In this document: positions 34,228 through 44,839 of the stretch, in pieces | How the letters are laid out: every line of letters starts with the position of its first letter | How positions within the stretch are numbered: position 1 is the first letter of the stretch | Assembly (NCBI GenBank): GCA_963746845.1 | Contig: CAVVCZ010000004.1 | Coordinates: 992,001-1,056,000 of the forward strand | Length of the DNA stretch: 64,000 nucleotides | DNA from: an uncultured Chloroflexia bacterium | GTDB lineage: Bacteria > Chloroflexota > Limnocylindria > Limnocylindrales > CSP1-4 | Direction: 5' to 3' | Notes under the pieces: generated by a model | Databases searched by the model: none | The model's input: only the letters and a program-made list of their open reading frames with translations | Told to the model about the DNA's origin: nothing | Translations under genes and position numbers: made by a program

Positions 34228-35037
34228 TCAGGCGCGGCGTCGCCCGCGCTGCGTCCGGGCCAGGGCCAGGACCGCGCCCGCCACGGCCGAGGCAATCAGG
34301 AACACCCCGCCGGCCAGTCCGTCGGACCCGCTTCCTCGATCCGGGACGACGTCGGCATCGGTCGGGGGGATCGTCACCGTGACCGTCGCGGCCGGGGCCT
34401 GCGTCGGGGTCGGCGTGGGCGCGGCCGGGATCGAGACCGTGAAGCCGACCTCATCGAGGAAGTTGCCGACCGAGTCGTCGCCGGATCCCGTGCTCACGGC
34501 GCGGAAGGCGAACCGGGTGCAGGTCTGTCCGGCCGGGACGACATAGTCCCCACCGTGGGAACCCCAGGCGGTCGTGTCGTCCGAGAGGTTCGGCGAGATG
34601 GAATCCCAGCCGGTCGCTCCGGTGACGTCCGCCGCGTTGGCGTCGCCGATCAACACCTGCATGACGTCGGTGCCCTGGCGAGCCCGGTGGAGGAGGGTCC
34701 AGCTCATCGTGGCTCCGGGCGTCGTGACGACATCCTGGTAGAGCGTGCCCGCGATGTTCGCGTTGATCTCGGCGAACGCGTTGCCCTGGCCCGCCGGGAC
34801 CCCGTTGAAGCCGGTTCCCCAGATCTCGATCGCCGTGTCGGTCGTCTGCCAGGGCGGCACCGAGGCGACGGGGAACAGCGTGAAGGTGTCCGCCGCGACG
34901 GGTGGCGACTCGAAGCCGCCGTTCCCGAGGGCCGTGGTCGAGCCGTCGCACACCGCCGCGAGTGCCGGGGCGGCGCCGCCGAGGCTCGCGAGCAGCATCG
35001 CCGACGTGGACACGATGAGCAGGATCACGCGTCGCAT
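34228..35037 (-). CDS. Secreted surface protein (NGGFE carbohydrate-binding-like domain, PT linker, xPPTD-TM-basic tail)
   Basis: Signal peptide ending ALA, LGNGGFESP, VGNFLDEV, and a C-terminal IPPTD followed by a hydrophobic helix and RGRRRA. Confidence 0.75.
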   Translation of the reverse strand: MRRVILLIVSTSAMLLASLGGAAPALAAVCDGSTTALGNGGFESPPVAADTFTLFPVASVPPWQTTDTAIEIWGTGFNGVPAGQGNAFAEINANIAGTLYQDVVTTPGATMSWTLLHRARQGTDVMQVLIGDANAADVTGATGWDSISPNLSDDTTAWGSHGGDYVVPAGQTCTRFAFRAVSTGSGDDSVGNFLDEVGFTVSIPAAPTPTPTQAPAATVTVTIPPTDADVVPDRGSGSDGLAGGVFLIASAVAGAVLALARTQRGRRRA

Positions 35038-35148
35038 GAAGATCATCCTCCCGACGGCTCCCGAGTTATGCCCGCGAGCCCGGACCATCCTGACACGGCG
35101 CGCCTGGGCCCGCGGCCGGAACCCGCAGACGGGAACGCGTCGGGCAGA

Positions 35149-35182
35149 CGAAGGCCCCTCCCGTCGCCGGGAGGGGCCTTCG
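35149..35182 (-). terminator. Intrinsic terminator of groESL
   Basis: Perfect 14-bp stem CGAAGGCCCCTCCC-N6-GGGAGGGGCCTTCG just after the groEL stop. Confidence 0.8.
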
Positions 35183-35205
35183 AGCGCTTGTGTGGATGAC
35201 CGGAC

Positions 35206-37201
<1,996 letters not shown>

Positions 37202-37408
37202 CGTGCATTCCTCCTGGGACGACGACACGACGCCGGCGTCGCTGCTCGAGTGGATGGGGCTTTGTCGGGCGTGCCGACCGTTCCCCGGACGTTCTGGTGA
37301 GTGCCGCGGAGGGCCAGGCACCGGGGCCGCGGGCGGGCCGTCTCGTGGGTCCCGGGGCCGCAGCCTCGGGTGGACGGGCGCCCCCTCCTTGGTCTCGGCG
37401 GGCCGCGC

Positions 37409-37435
37409 TTAGCACTCTCGATGTGAGAGTGCTAA
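37409..37435. promoter_or_regulatory. CIRCE element (HrcA operator)
   Basis: Perfect TTAGCACTC-N9-GAGTGCTAA. Confidence 0.97.
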
Positions 37436-37436
37436 C

Positions 37437-37466
37437 ACTGTAGCCGCGGGGAGACTCCCGTGTCAA
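37437..37466 (-). promoter_or_regulatory. Sigma70-type groESL promoter
   Basis: TTGACA (37461-37466)-N18-TACAGT (37437-37442), abutting the CIRCE. Confidence 0.8.
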
Positions 37467-37531
37467 CCCGGACGGCGCGTCTTCCGGCCGTTCCGTGCCC
37501 GTGGCCCGTGGCGCCGAGTCACCGGCTGGAC

Positions 37532-38332
37532 TCAGGAGCCGTCCGCCGGACGCGGGAACGTCCGGTCGTACGTCTCGACCAGCGTGTCGCCGAACGTGTC
37601 CGGGTCGTCGCCGCGGCGCTCCGCGACCCACGCTGCGGCCACGCGCACCCACTCCGGGGCATTCCGGCCGCGCGGGCCGCCCGGCGGCGAGAGGAACGGC
37701 GAGTCCGTCTCGACCAGGAGCCGACTGGCCGGCGCCATGCGCACGACGTCAGCGGTCGTCTCCTCACCGCGACGGAAGGCCAGGCCGGAGATCGAGATCA
37801 CTGCGCCGAGCTCGAGCATCGCCTCCGCGTAGTCGACCGGGCCGCTGAACGAGTGGACGACCGCGCGTGGCGGCGTCGCCCCGAACGCGCGCAGCTCGGC
37901 GAGCAGGGCGTCCTGTGCCTCCCGCTCCCCTGCCCTCGAGCGGCAGTGGAGGATCACGGGCTTGCCGGTCTCGCCCGCCAAGGCCAGGTTCCGCCGCAGG
38001 TTGGCGAGCTGGGCCAGGACCGGCGAGAACACGCGGTCGTAGTCGAGGCCGGTCTCGCCGATCGCGAGCACGCGCGGGTCGTGGGCTGACGCCGCGATCA
38101 CGCTCCATTCCTCGTCGGTGACCTTCGCCGCGTCGTGGGGATGGACGCCGACCGCCGCGTCGAGCCAAGGCACGCGGGCCGCGAGCCGAAGCGCGGCCTC
38201 GCACGACCAGGCGTTCCAGCCCGGGACGAGAATCCGCTCGACACCCGCCTCACGCGCCGAGGCGATCACCTCGTCGAGGTCGGCGTCGAAGCGGTCGGCC
38301 TGGAGATGGCAGTGGCTGTCGATCAGACGCAT
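37532..38332 (-). CDS. tatD: TatD family hydrolase
   Basis: LIDSHCHL, VGVHPH, AIGETGLDY, VILHCR, VVHSFSG, LVETDSPFL. Confidence 0.95.
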   Translation of the reverse strand: MRLIDSHCHLQADRFDADLDEVIASAREAGVERILVPGWNAWSCEAALRLAARVPWLDAAVGVHPHDAAKVTDEEWSVIAASAHDPRVLAIGETGLDYDRVFSPVLAQLANLRRNLALAGETGKPVILHCRSRAGEREAQDALLAELRAFGATPPRAVVHSFSGPVDYAEAMLELGAVISISGLAFRRGEETTADVVRMAPASRLLVETDSPFLSPPGGPRGRNAPEWVRVAAAWVAERRGDDPDTFGDTLVETYDRTFPRPADGS

Positions 38333-38405
38333 CGGCCGATTGTCGCCCCAGATCAGGCGATCGGACGGCGCGAACCGGCCGCTAGCGGAGACTGACGCGC
38401 CGGAT

Positions 38406-38521
38406 GCGTCAAACGACCGCTGAGCGCCCGGCGCGGACGCGGGAGCGCCCGTTCGGGCGCCGTTTCGTGCGTCCGACGTGTCGACCGTCGCCTGAGGGCT
38501 TCCCCGGCTGTCGGTTGACGC
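38406..38521. repeat. 116-bp inverted-repeat doublet, same family as 12018-12473
   Basis: GCGTCAAACGACCGC (38406-38420) versus GCTGTCGGTTGACGC (38507-38521), 13/15 complementary, with internal hairpins. Confidence 0.55.
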
Positions 38522-38582
38522 GCGTAGCGCATGGCGCGCGTGGCGCTGCGCGCGGCCGAGGCGCCGGCGCCGGGCGAGGCGT

Positions 38583-38942
38583 TCAGCCGGGGGCGCCCTG
38601 GTACAGCCCGACCTCGGAGCCTTCCGGATCGATCACGACGGCGAACCAGCCCATGCCGGGGATCTCCGACTTCGGCTCCTTGATCGTGCCGCCCGTCCGC
38701 TCGGCGGCGGCCAACGCATCCTCGATCGAGTCGACCGTGATGTAGTCACGGACGACCTGGCCCGTCGTCTCCCCGCGCTTGCCGATGCCGCCGCCGTAGC
38801 CCTCGCCGGTCCGGAAGACCCAGTAATCGGGCATGCCGTCCATCGCCGAGAACTCCCAGCCGGCGACGGCCGTGTAGAAGCGCATCGCCCGCCCAGGGTC
38901 GTCTGCGGGGAATTCGATGTGGTTGATCTCGCCGTGGGCCAT
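38583..38942 (-). CDS. VOC/glyoxalase family protein
   Basis: HIEF, RAMRFY, GW, YITVDSIE, IPGMGWFA, DPEGSEVGL. Confidence 0.92.
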   Translation of the reverse strand: MAHGEINHIEFPADDPGRAMRFYTAVAGWEFSAMDGMPDYWVFRTGEGYGGGIGKRGETTGQVVRDYITVDSIEDALAAAERTGGTIKEPKSEIPGMGWFAVVIDPEGSEVGLYQGAPG

Positions 38943-38978
38943 GGCTCGTTCCTCCAGAGCGTTCGCGGGTGGTTCCCG

Positions 38979-40619
38979 TCAGTCTGGCGCGACTTCCGTT
39001 TCGAGGCGCGGGAAGAGCGGTTCGGCCGCGCCGAGCCTTCCGGACTCCCCGGCATGGGCGCCCCAGTGCAGCTCTTCGAGGAGCGGCGGACCGCCGTTGC
39101 CGTCCGGCCCGTATGGCCAGGAATACCCGAGCTGGGCGAGCACGCGCGGGCTCGTCGTCGGCAGGAATGGGGCGACGACCAGACCGATGATCCGGCAGAT
39201 CTCGATCAGCTCACCGAGAACGACCTTCAACCTGTCCTCGGCCGACTGATCGCCGCCCGTTGCAGCCTTCGCGAGTTCCCACGGCTTCTCCAGGTCGACC
39301 ATCTGGTTGGCGGCGCTGACCATTCGCCAGACCGCGGCCAGCGCCTCATGCAGCAGGCACCCGTCGATCGCTTCGCGCACCGCCGGCACGTTGTGCGCCG
39401 TGCTGACCAGCAGGGAGCCACCCTGACCCGGTTCCGGCCGCTCGCCGTCCAGGTAGCGGTTCGCCATCGAGACCGTCCGGTTGACGAGGTTGCCGAAGTC
39501 GTTCGCGAGGTCGGCGTTGTAGCGGCGGACGAAGCCGTCCCATGACACCTCGGCGTCCTTGTCGAATGGAACCTCCCGGAGCGCGACGTAGCGCGCGCCA
39601 TCGGTGCCGAACGCGGCCACGAAGTCCCCGGGGTCGAGGAAGTTGCCGCGGCTCTTGCTCATCCGCTCGCCACCGGACGCGAGCAGCCAGCCATGGGCCC
39701 AGACCTTGCGCGGCGCCTCGAGCCCGGCGCTCCAGAGCATCGCCGGCCAGAAGATCGTGTGGAATCGGAGGATGTCCTTGCCGATCACGTGGAGATCCGC
39801 CGGCCAGTACCGGGCGAACGCCTCGGGATCCGCATCGAAGCCGGCGCCGGTCACGTAGTTGATCAGCGCATCGAACCAGACGTAGATCGTGCCTGCCTCA
39901 GGGTCCCACGACCCGTCCTCGCGCCGGGCGGTCTCGCCGTTCTCGGCGATCGGGAACGGGATCCCCCACCCCGCGCCGGCCCGGCTGATCGAGAAGTCCT
40001 CGAGGCCCTGCCGGATGAAGCCGAGCATCTCGTTCCGGCGGTAGTCCGGCTGGACGAACTCCGGGTGCTCGACGAAGTGCCGCTCGAGTCGCTCCTGGTA
40101 CGCGGACAGTCGGAAGAACCAGTTCTGCTCCTTCAGCCACTGGAGCGGAACGTCCGGGTGGTTCGGGCAGATCGTGCCGCGCGCGGTCTCCACGACGTCG
40201 GTCGCGTTCCGGAAGCCCTCGTTCGGGCAGTACCAGCCCTCGTACGTCCCGAGATAGATGTCACCGTTGGCGTATGCCCGCCGCACGAGCTCCTGGGCCG
40301 TCCGGACGTGGTCCGGGTCGGTCGTGCGGATGAACCGATCCGGGGCGATCCCGAGGAGGTCCTCGGCCGTCTTGAACAGGGCGACCTTGTCGTCGACGAA
40401 CGTCCGCGGGTCGATGCCTTCCTCCGCGGCGCGCATCGCGATGTTCACGGAGTGCTCGTCGGTCCCGGTCAGGAAGCGGGTGTCGTCGCCCAGCATCCGG
40501 TGCCAGCGGGCGATCGCGTCGGCACCGATGACCTCGTACAGGGTATGGACGCCCGGCTGACTGTTCGCGTAGGCGATCGCGGTCGTCAGGTAGAAGCGCG
40601 GGCGTGGGTCGTCGGCCAT
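38979..40619 (-). CDS. metG: Methionine--tRNA ligase (short form, no C-terminal tRNA-binding domain)
   Basis: FYLTTAIAY, FLTGTDEH, FIRTTD, YEGWYC, IYVWFDALINY, IGKDILRFH, RMSKS, LANDFGNLVNR. The HIGH position reads GVHT. Confidence 0.95.
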   Translation of the reverse strand: MADDPRPRFYLTTAIAYANSQPGVHTLYEVIGADAIARWHRMLGDDTRFLTGTDEHSVNIAMRAAEEGIDPRTFVDDKVALFKTAEDLLGIAPDRFIRTTDPDHVRTAQELVRRAYANGDIYLGTYEGWYCPNEGFRNATDVVETARGTICPNHPDVPLQWLKEQNWFFRLSAYQERLERHFVEHPEFVQPDYRRNEMLGFIRQGLEDFSISRAGAGWGIPFPIAENGETARREDGSWDPEAGTIYVWFDALINYVTGAGFDADPEAFARYWPADLHVIGKDILRFHTIFWPAMLWSAGLEAPRKVWAHGWLLASGGERMSKSRGNFLDPGDFVAAFGTDGARYVALREVPFDKDAEVSWDGFVRRYNADLANDFGNLVNRTVSMANRYLDGERPEPGQGGSLLVSTAHNVPAVREAIDGCLLHEALAAVWRMVSAANQMVDLEKPWELAKAATGGDQSAEDRLKVVLGELIEICRIIGLVVAPFLPTTSPRVLAQLGYSWPYGPDGNGGPPLLEELHWGAHAGESGRLGAAEPLFPRLETEVAPD

Positions 40620-40713
40620 GGGATTCCTCGGGAGCAGACAGTCTGTGGACGGTGGCGGCATGCAGGGCGCGCCACGAAGTTCGGCGGCCGACGCTCGGCC
40701 GACAGGCGCTGGG

Positions 40714-40752
40714 TCAGGCCTGTCGCGAGCGGGGCCGCCGGGGCATCGCCAT
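40714..40752 (-). CDS. Putative metG leader peptide (MAMPRRPRSRQA)
   Basis: 12-codon uORF with a GGGAG SD, located between a predicted promoter (TTGACC-N18-CATGAT, 40780-40809) and metG. Confidence 0.4.
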   Translation of the reverse strand: MAMPRRPRSRQA

Positions 40753-40818
40753 CAGGCTCCCGAGCCGGTCCACGGGCCGATCATGGCGGAGCCGTGGACG
40801 ATGGGTCAAGCGCTGTAC

Positions 40819-41295
40819 CTACTTCAGCGCGTCGCGAAGGCTCTGCTCCTCCTCCTCGTCGAGGGTCGTCTGGATGACCGTGCCCTGGTGCGGACGCATC
40901 GCGGCGATCAGGAGGCCGGGGCTGCCGCCCTTCGTCAGGAGGAAGATCGCCGAGCCACCCGGCGCGAGCCCTTCCTCGACCTGCTTCACGAACGAATTGT
41001 CGATGCCGGGCTTCGCGGCACGGCCGATCAGGCCCCCGATCACCGCCCCGCCGACGATCGCACCGACCGGGAACACGACGAAGAGGAGGCTGCCGATCAG
41101 GGCACCCGCCAGGGCACCCGTCTCCGTGCCGCTCGCCATCTCGTTCTTGACGTGGACCTTGCCGTCGGCGTCCTTGGTCACGACGGCCGTGTCCTCGAGG
41201 CCGATCTGGCCCTCCTTCTCGAGCGATCGGATCGATGCGAGGGCCGCGGTCGCCGCGTCCTCGGTGGTGAAGGTGATGGCGACGAAGTCCGACAC
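40819..41295 (-). CDS. DUF1269 family membrane protein
   Basis: LEDTAVV.KDADGKV, a Gly-zipper TM segment, GIDNSFVKQV, GGSAIF, VIQTTLDEEEE. GTG at 41295 with a GGAGG SD. Confidence 0.85.
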   Translation of the reverse strand: MSDFVAITFTTEDAATAALASIRSLEKEGQIGLEDTAVVTKDADGKVHVKNEMASGTETGALAGALIGSLLFVVFPVGAIVGGAVIGGLIGRAAKPGIDNSFVKQVEEGLAPGGSAIFLLTKGGSPGLLIAAMRPHQGTVIQTTLDEEEEQSLRDALK

Positions 41296-41438
41296 GAGGG
41301 TCCTCCACAACGGTGCTGTCGACGTCCGGAGCGAGGATGCGCCGACGATGGCGTGCCGACCACCGTGCGCGCCCCCGACGCGCCTGCGAGGAACCCGCTA
41401 CCGCGAGACGTTCATTGCCCGACCGGGTGGAAGAGCGA

Positions 41439-43685
41439 TCAGTGGCGGAAGTGGCGGACCCCGGTGACGAGCATCGTGGCACCGGCCGCATCCGCCGCCG
41501 CGATGACGTCCGCGTCGTTCTTCGAGCCGCCCGGCTGGACGAACGCGGTCACGCCCGCGGCGAGGCAGACCTCGACGGCGTCCGCGAACGGGTAGAAGGC
41601 GTCCGATGCACACGCAGCGCCCTGCAGCACGTCGGCGCCGGTGATCGCCACGGCCTTGTCGACCGCCTGGCGGGCGGCATCCACGCGCGACGTCTGGCCC
41701 GACCCGAAGCCGATCAGCCGCCCGTCCCGGACGAGGACGATCGCGTTCGACGTCACCCCGCGGACGAGCCGCCAGGCGAGGTCGAGATCGCGTCGCTCCG
41801 CGTCGGTCGGGGTCCGGCGGGTGACCGGCTGCCAATCCCCCGCCGGGTCGGGCGCGGTGTCCGGCGCCCCGACGAGGACCGCGCCGCCGGCCGTCCGGAT
41901 CGCACCGAGCGGGTTCGGGGTCGCGTGTGCCCCGTCCGGATCGTCGGCGAGCCGTGGGTCGACGATCAGCCGGAGGCTGGGCTTCGCGGCCAGCAGCTCG
42001 AGGGCGTCCGCGTCGTATGCCGGGGCCACCACCACCTCGAGGAACAGGCTCGTGAGCCCCTCCGCGGTGGACCGGTCCACCGGGCGGGTCAGCGCGACGA
42101 CACCGCCGAAGGCCGAGACCGGGTCGCCCGCGAGTGCCGCGTCCCAGGCCTCGCGCAGCGTCCCGCGCTCCGCGGCCCCACACGGGTTCGTGTGCTTGAC
42201 GATCACGCACCCCGGGCCGCGCAGCGACCGACCGATCGCCGCCGCCGCCGAGGCGTCGAGCACGTTGTTGAAGCTCAGCGCCTTGCCCTGGAGCGGTGCG
42301 TCGCCGGCCGCGAACGGCCCGTCGCCCGGGGCCGAGCCGGGGCGCCGGTAGCGCGCGGCCGCCTGATGGGGGTTCTCGCCGTAGCGCAGGGTCTCGACCT
42401 TCTCGAGGCCGATCGTCAGGGAATCCGGGAACGGATCGCTCGCGCGGGGCAGCCCGGGCTCGTCCGGCAGGTCGACGCCGGCCGCCGCCATCCGATCGGG
42501 CAGCTCCGCGGCGATCCGGGCGTCGTATGCGGCCGTGTGCCGGAAGGCCTCGACGGCGAGCGCGGCCCGGAGGCCGGCCGGCACCGTGCCGCCCTCGGCG
42601 ACCGCGTCGAGGATCGCCGGGTAGCGCGTCGGCGACGTCACGATCGCGACGCTCGCGTGGTTCTTTGCGGCGGCCCGGACCATCGACGGACCGCCGATGT
42701 CGATCTCCTCGACGAGGTCGTCGAACGTGATCCCGGGACGGTCCGCGGCAGCCGCGAACGGGTACAGGTTCACGACGACCAGCTCGAACGGGGCGATCGC
42801 GGCGGCGACGAGCTGGCGGCGATGATCGACGAGCCGGCGATCGGCGAGGATGCCGGCGTGGACCCGCGGGTGGAGCGTCTTGACCCGCCCGTCGAGCATC
42901 TCCGGCGCGCCCGTGACGGCGGCGACGTCCGTGACCGGCAGGCCGGCGTCGCGGAGCGTCCGGGCGGTGCCGCCGGTGGACACGAGCTCGAACCCGGCGG
43001 CGACCAGGCCCCGGCCCAGCTCGGCGAGCCCGGTCTTGTCCGACGCGGACAGAAGGGCCCGACGCGCGACCGGCAGGCCCGCCTCGGCAACCGAGACGTC
43101 CACGACGACCGACCGATCGCCCGCGCCCGGGGCGGTGAGGGCTCCCGCCAGCAGCAGCGCCACTGCGCGCGGGAGCAGCCGGTGCTCCACGGTCTTGATC
43201 CGCTCGTGGAGTGCCGCCTCGTCGTCGCCCGCGAGGATCGGGACGGCTTCCTGGGCGACGATCGGGCCGCCGTCGAGGGTGGCATCGACGAGATGGACGG
43301 TCGCGCCCGTCACCTTCACGCCGTGGGCGAGCGCGTCCCGCACCGCGTGCGCGCCGGGGAACGCCGGCAACAGGCTCGGATGCGTGTTGAGGATCCGGCC
43401 GTCGAACGCCGCCAGGACCGCGGGACCCACGATCCGCAGGTAGCCGGCCAGGACGACGGCGTCCGGGCTCGCCCCGATCAGGGCGTCGAGCAGGGCGTCG
43501 TCCGTGCCGCCCGGGACGAGTACGACGTCGATCCCCTGTTCCCCGGCCCACTCGAGGGCGGGGCACGCGCGGTCCGCGACGACGAGGACGACCGCGCCCC
43601 CGAGCTCGCCACGTCCCGCGGCGGCGTGCAGCGCCCGCAGGTTCGAGCCGGTGCCCGAGACCGCGACGGCGATCCGTCCGTTCAA
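41439..43685 (-). CDS. purH: Fused PurN-PurH (GAR transformylase + IMP cyclohydrolase/AICAR transformylase)
   Basis: One uninterrupted frame. PurN motifs (VSGTGSNL, LAGY, NTHPSLLPAFPG, TVHLVD..LDGGPI) are followed by PurH motifs (ALLSASDK, STGGTA, GRVKTLHP, IDIGGP, LRYGENPHQ, KHTNPCG, ASDAF, RHFRH). The TTG overlaps the purM stop. Confidence 0.93.
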   Translation of the reverse strand: MNGRIAVAVSGTGSNLRALHAAAGRGELGGAVVLVVADRACPALEWAGEQGIDVVLVPGGTDDALLDALIGASPDAVVLAGYLRIVGPAVLAAFDGRILNTHPSLLPAFPGAHAVRDALAHGVKVTGATVHLVDATLDGGPIVAQEAVPILAGDDEAALHERIKTVEHRLLPRAVALLLAGALTAPGAGDRSVVVDVSVAEAGLPVARRALLSASDKTGLAELGRGLVAAGFELVSTGGTARTLRDAGLPVTDVAAVTGAPEMLDGRVKTLHPRVHAGILADRRLVDHRRQLVAAAIAPFELVVVNLYPFAAAADRPGITFDDLVEEIDIGGPSMVRAAAKNHASVAIVTSPTRYPAILDAVAEGGTVPAGLRAALAVEAFRHTAAYDARIAAELPDRMAAAGVDLPDEPGLPRASDPFPDSLTIGLEKVETLRYGENPHQAAARYRRPGSAPGDGPFAAGDAPLQGKALSFNNVLDASAAAAIGRSLRGPGCVIVKHTNPCGAAERGTLREAWDAALAGDPVSAFGGVVALTRPVDRSTAEGLTSLFLEVVVAPAYDADALELLAAKPSLRLIVDPRLADDPDGAHATPNPLGAIRTAGGAVLVGAPDTAPDPAGDWQPVTRRTPTDAERRDLDLAWRLVRGVTSNAIVLVRDGRLIGFGSGQTSRVDAARQAVDKAVAITGADVLQGAACASDAFYPFADAVEVCLAAGVTAFVQPGGSKNDADVIAAADAAGATMLVTGVRHFRH

Positions 43686-44839
43686 GCCGCGGGCTCCCGC
43701 CCCTGCTCGAGGTAGCGCGGCCCGTCCTCGCCGTCGCGCGGGACCACGTCGCCGATGACGGCCGCCTCGAAGCCGCTCGCCCGGAGCGCCGCGACGGCCG
43801 ATTCGATGGCCTCCGGCCCGACGACGGCGATCATCCCGATCCCCGCGTTGAACGTCGCCCGCGCTTCGGCGTCGTCGAGTCCGCCGAGCGCCTCCATCAA
43901 CCGCACGATCGACGGGACGCGCCACGCCGACGGGTCCAGCCGCGCGGCGAGATCCGGCGCCAGGGCCCGCGGGACGTTGCCGGGCAGCCCGCCCCCCGTG
44001 ATGTGGGCAAGCCCGCGCAGGTCGTGGCCGGTGTCACGCAGCGCGCGGCGGGCCCGGACGAGGCCGCCGGCGTAGATCGTGGTCGGCGTCAGGAGGACCT
44101 CGCCGAGCGTGGCGAGCGCGTGCCCGGGCTCCGCGCCGAGGGCCGCCATCGCCGCCTCGGTGCCGAGGGTCCGCCTGAGCTGTTCCTGGTACGGCCGCGC
44201 GAGGTCGAGATCCCAGCTCGCGACGAGCGAGCGCACGAGCGAGAAGCCGTTGCTGTGGAGCCCGCTCGACGACAGCCCGAGGATCGCGTCGCCCGCCCGG
44301 ATCGCGGTGCCGTCGATCCGCTCGTCCGCCTCGACGACCCCGACGCAGAACCCGGCGAGATCGAACTCGCCCGGCCGCATCAGCCCCGGGTGCTCCGCCG
44401 TCTCGCCGCCGACGAGGGCGCAGCCGGCTTCGCGGCATCCGTCGGCGATCCCGCCGACGAGCTCCGCGACCTGCTCCGGGTCGAGCACGCCGACCGCGAC
44501 GTAGTCGAGGAAGAACAGCGGCTCCGCGCCGCTGCACGCGACGTCGTCGGCGCACATCGCGACGAGGTCCCGTCCGATCGTGTCGAACCGGCCGACGGCG
44601 CTCGCGATCGCGGTCTTCGTCCCGACCCCGTCCGTCGAGGAGATCAGGACCGGCGATCGATAGCCGGGCGGGATCGTCACCGCGGAGCCGAACCCGCCGA
44701 ACCCCCCGAGCACCTCCGGCCGGTGGGTCGCCTCGACCGCCGCCCGCATCAGGTCGACCGCCCGTTCGCCGGCCGCGACATCCACGCCGGCGGCTGCGTA
44801 GGCCCGGCGAACCGGCACCCGGGATGACTGATCGGTCAC
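43682..44839 (-). CDS. purM: AIR synthase
   Basis: YAAAGVD, STDGVGTK, GGETAEHPG, SSGLHSNGFS, AHITGGG. Confidence 0.95.
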   Translation of the reverse strand: MTDQSSRVPVRRAYAAAGVDVAAGERAVDLMRAAVEATHRPEVLGGFGGFGSAVTIPPGYRSPVLISSTDGVGTKTAIASAVGRFDTIGRDLVAMCADDVACSGAEPLFFLDYVAVGVLDPEQVAELVGGIADGCREAGCALVGGETAEHPGLMRPGEFDLAGFCVGVVEADERIDGTAIRAGDAILGLSSSGLHSNGFSLVRSLVASWDLDLARPYQEQLRRTLGTEAAMAALGAEPGHALATLGEVLLTPTTIYAGGLVRARRALRDTGHDLRGLAHITGGGLPGNVPRALAPDLAARLDPSAWRVPSIVRLMEALGGLDDAEARATFNAGIGMIAVVGPEAIESAVAALRASGFEAAVIGDVVPRDGEDGPRYLEQGREPAA

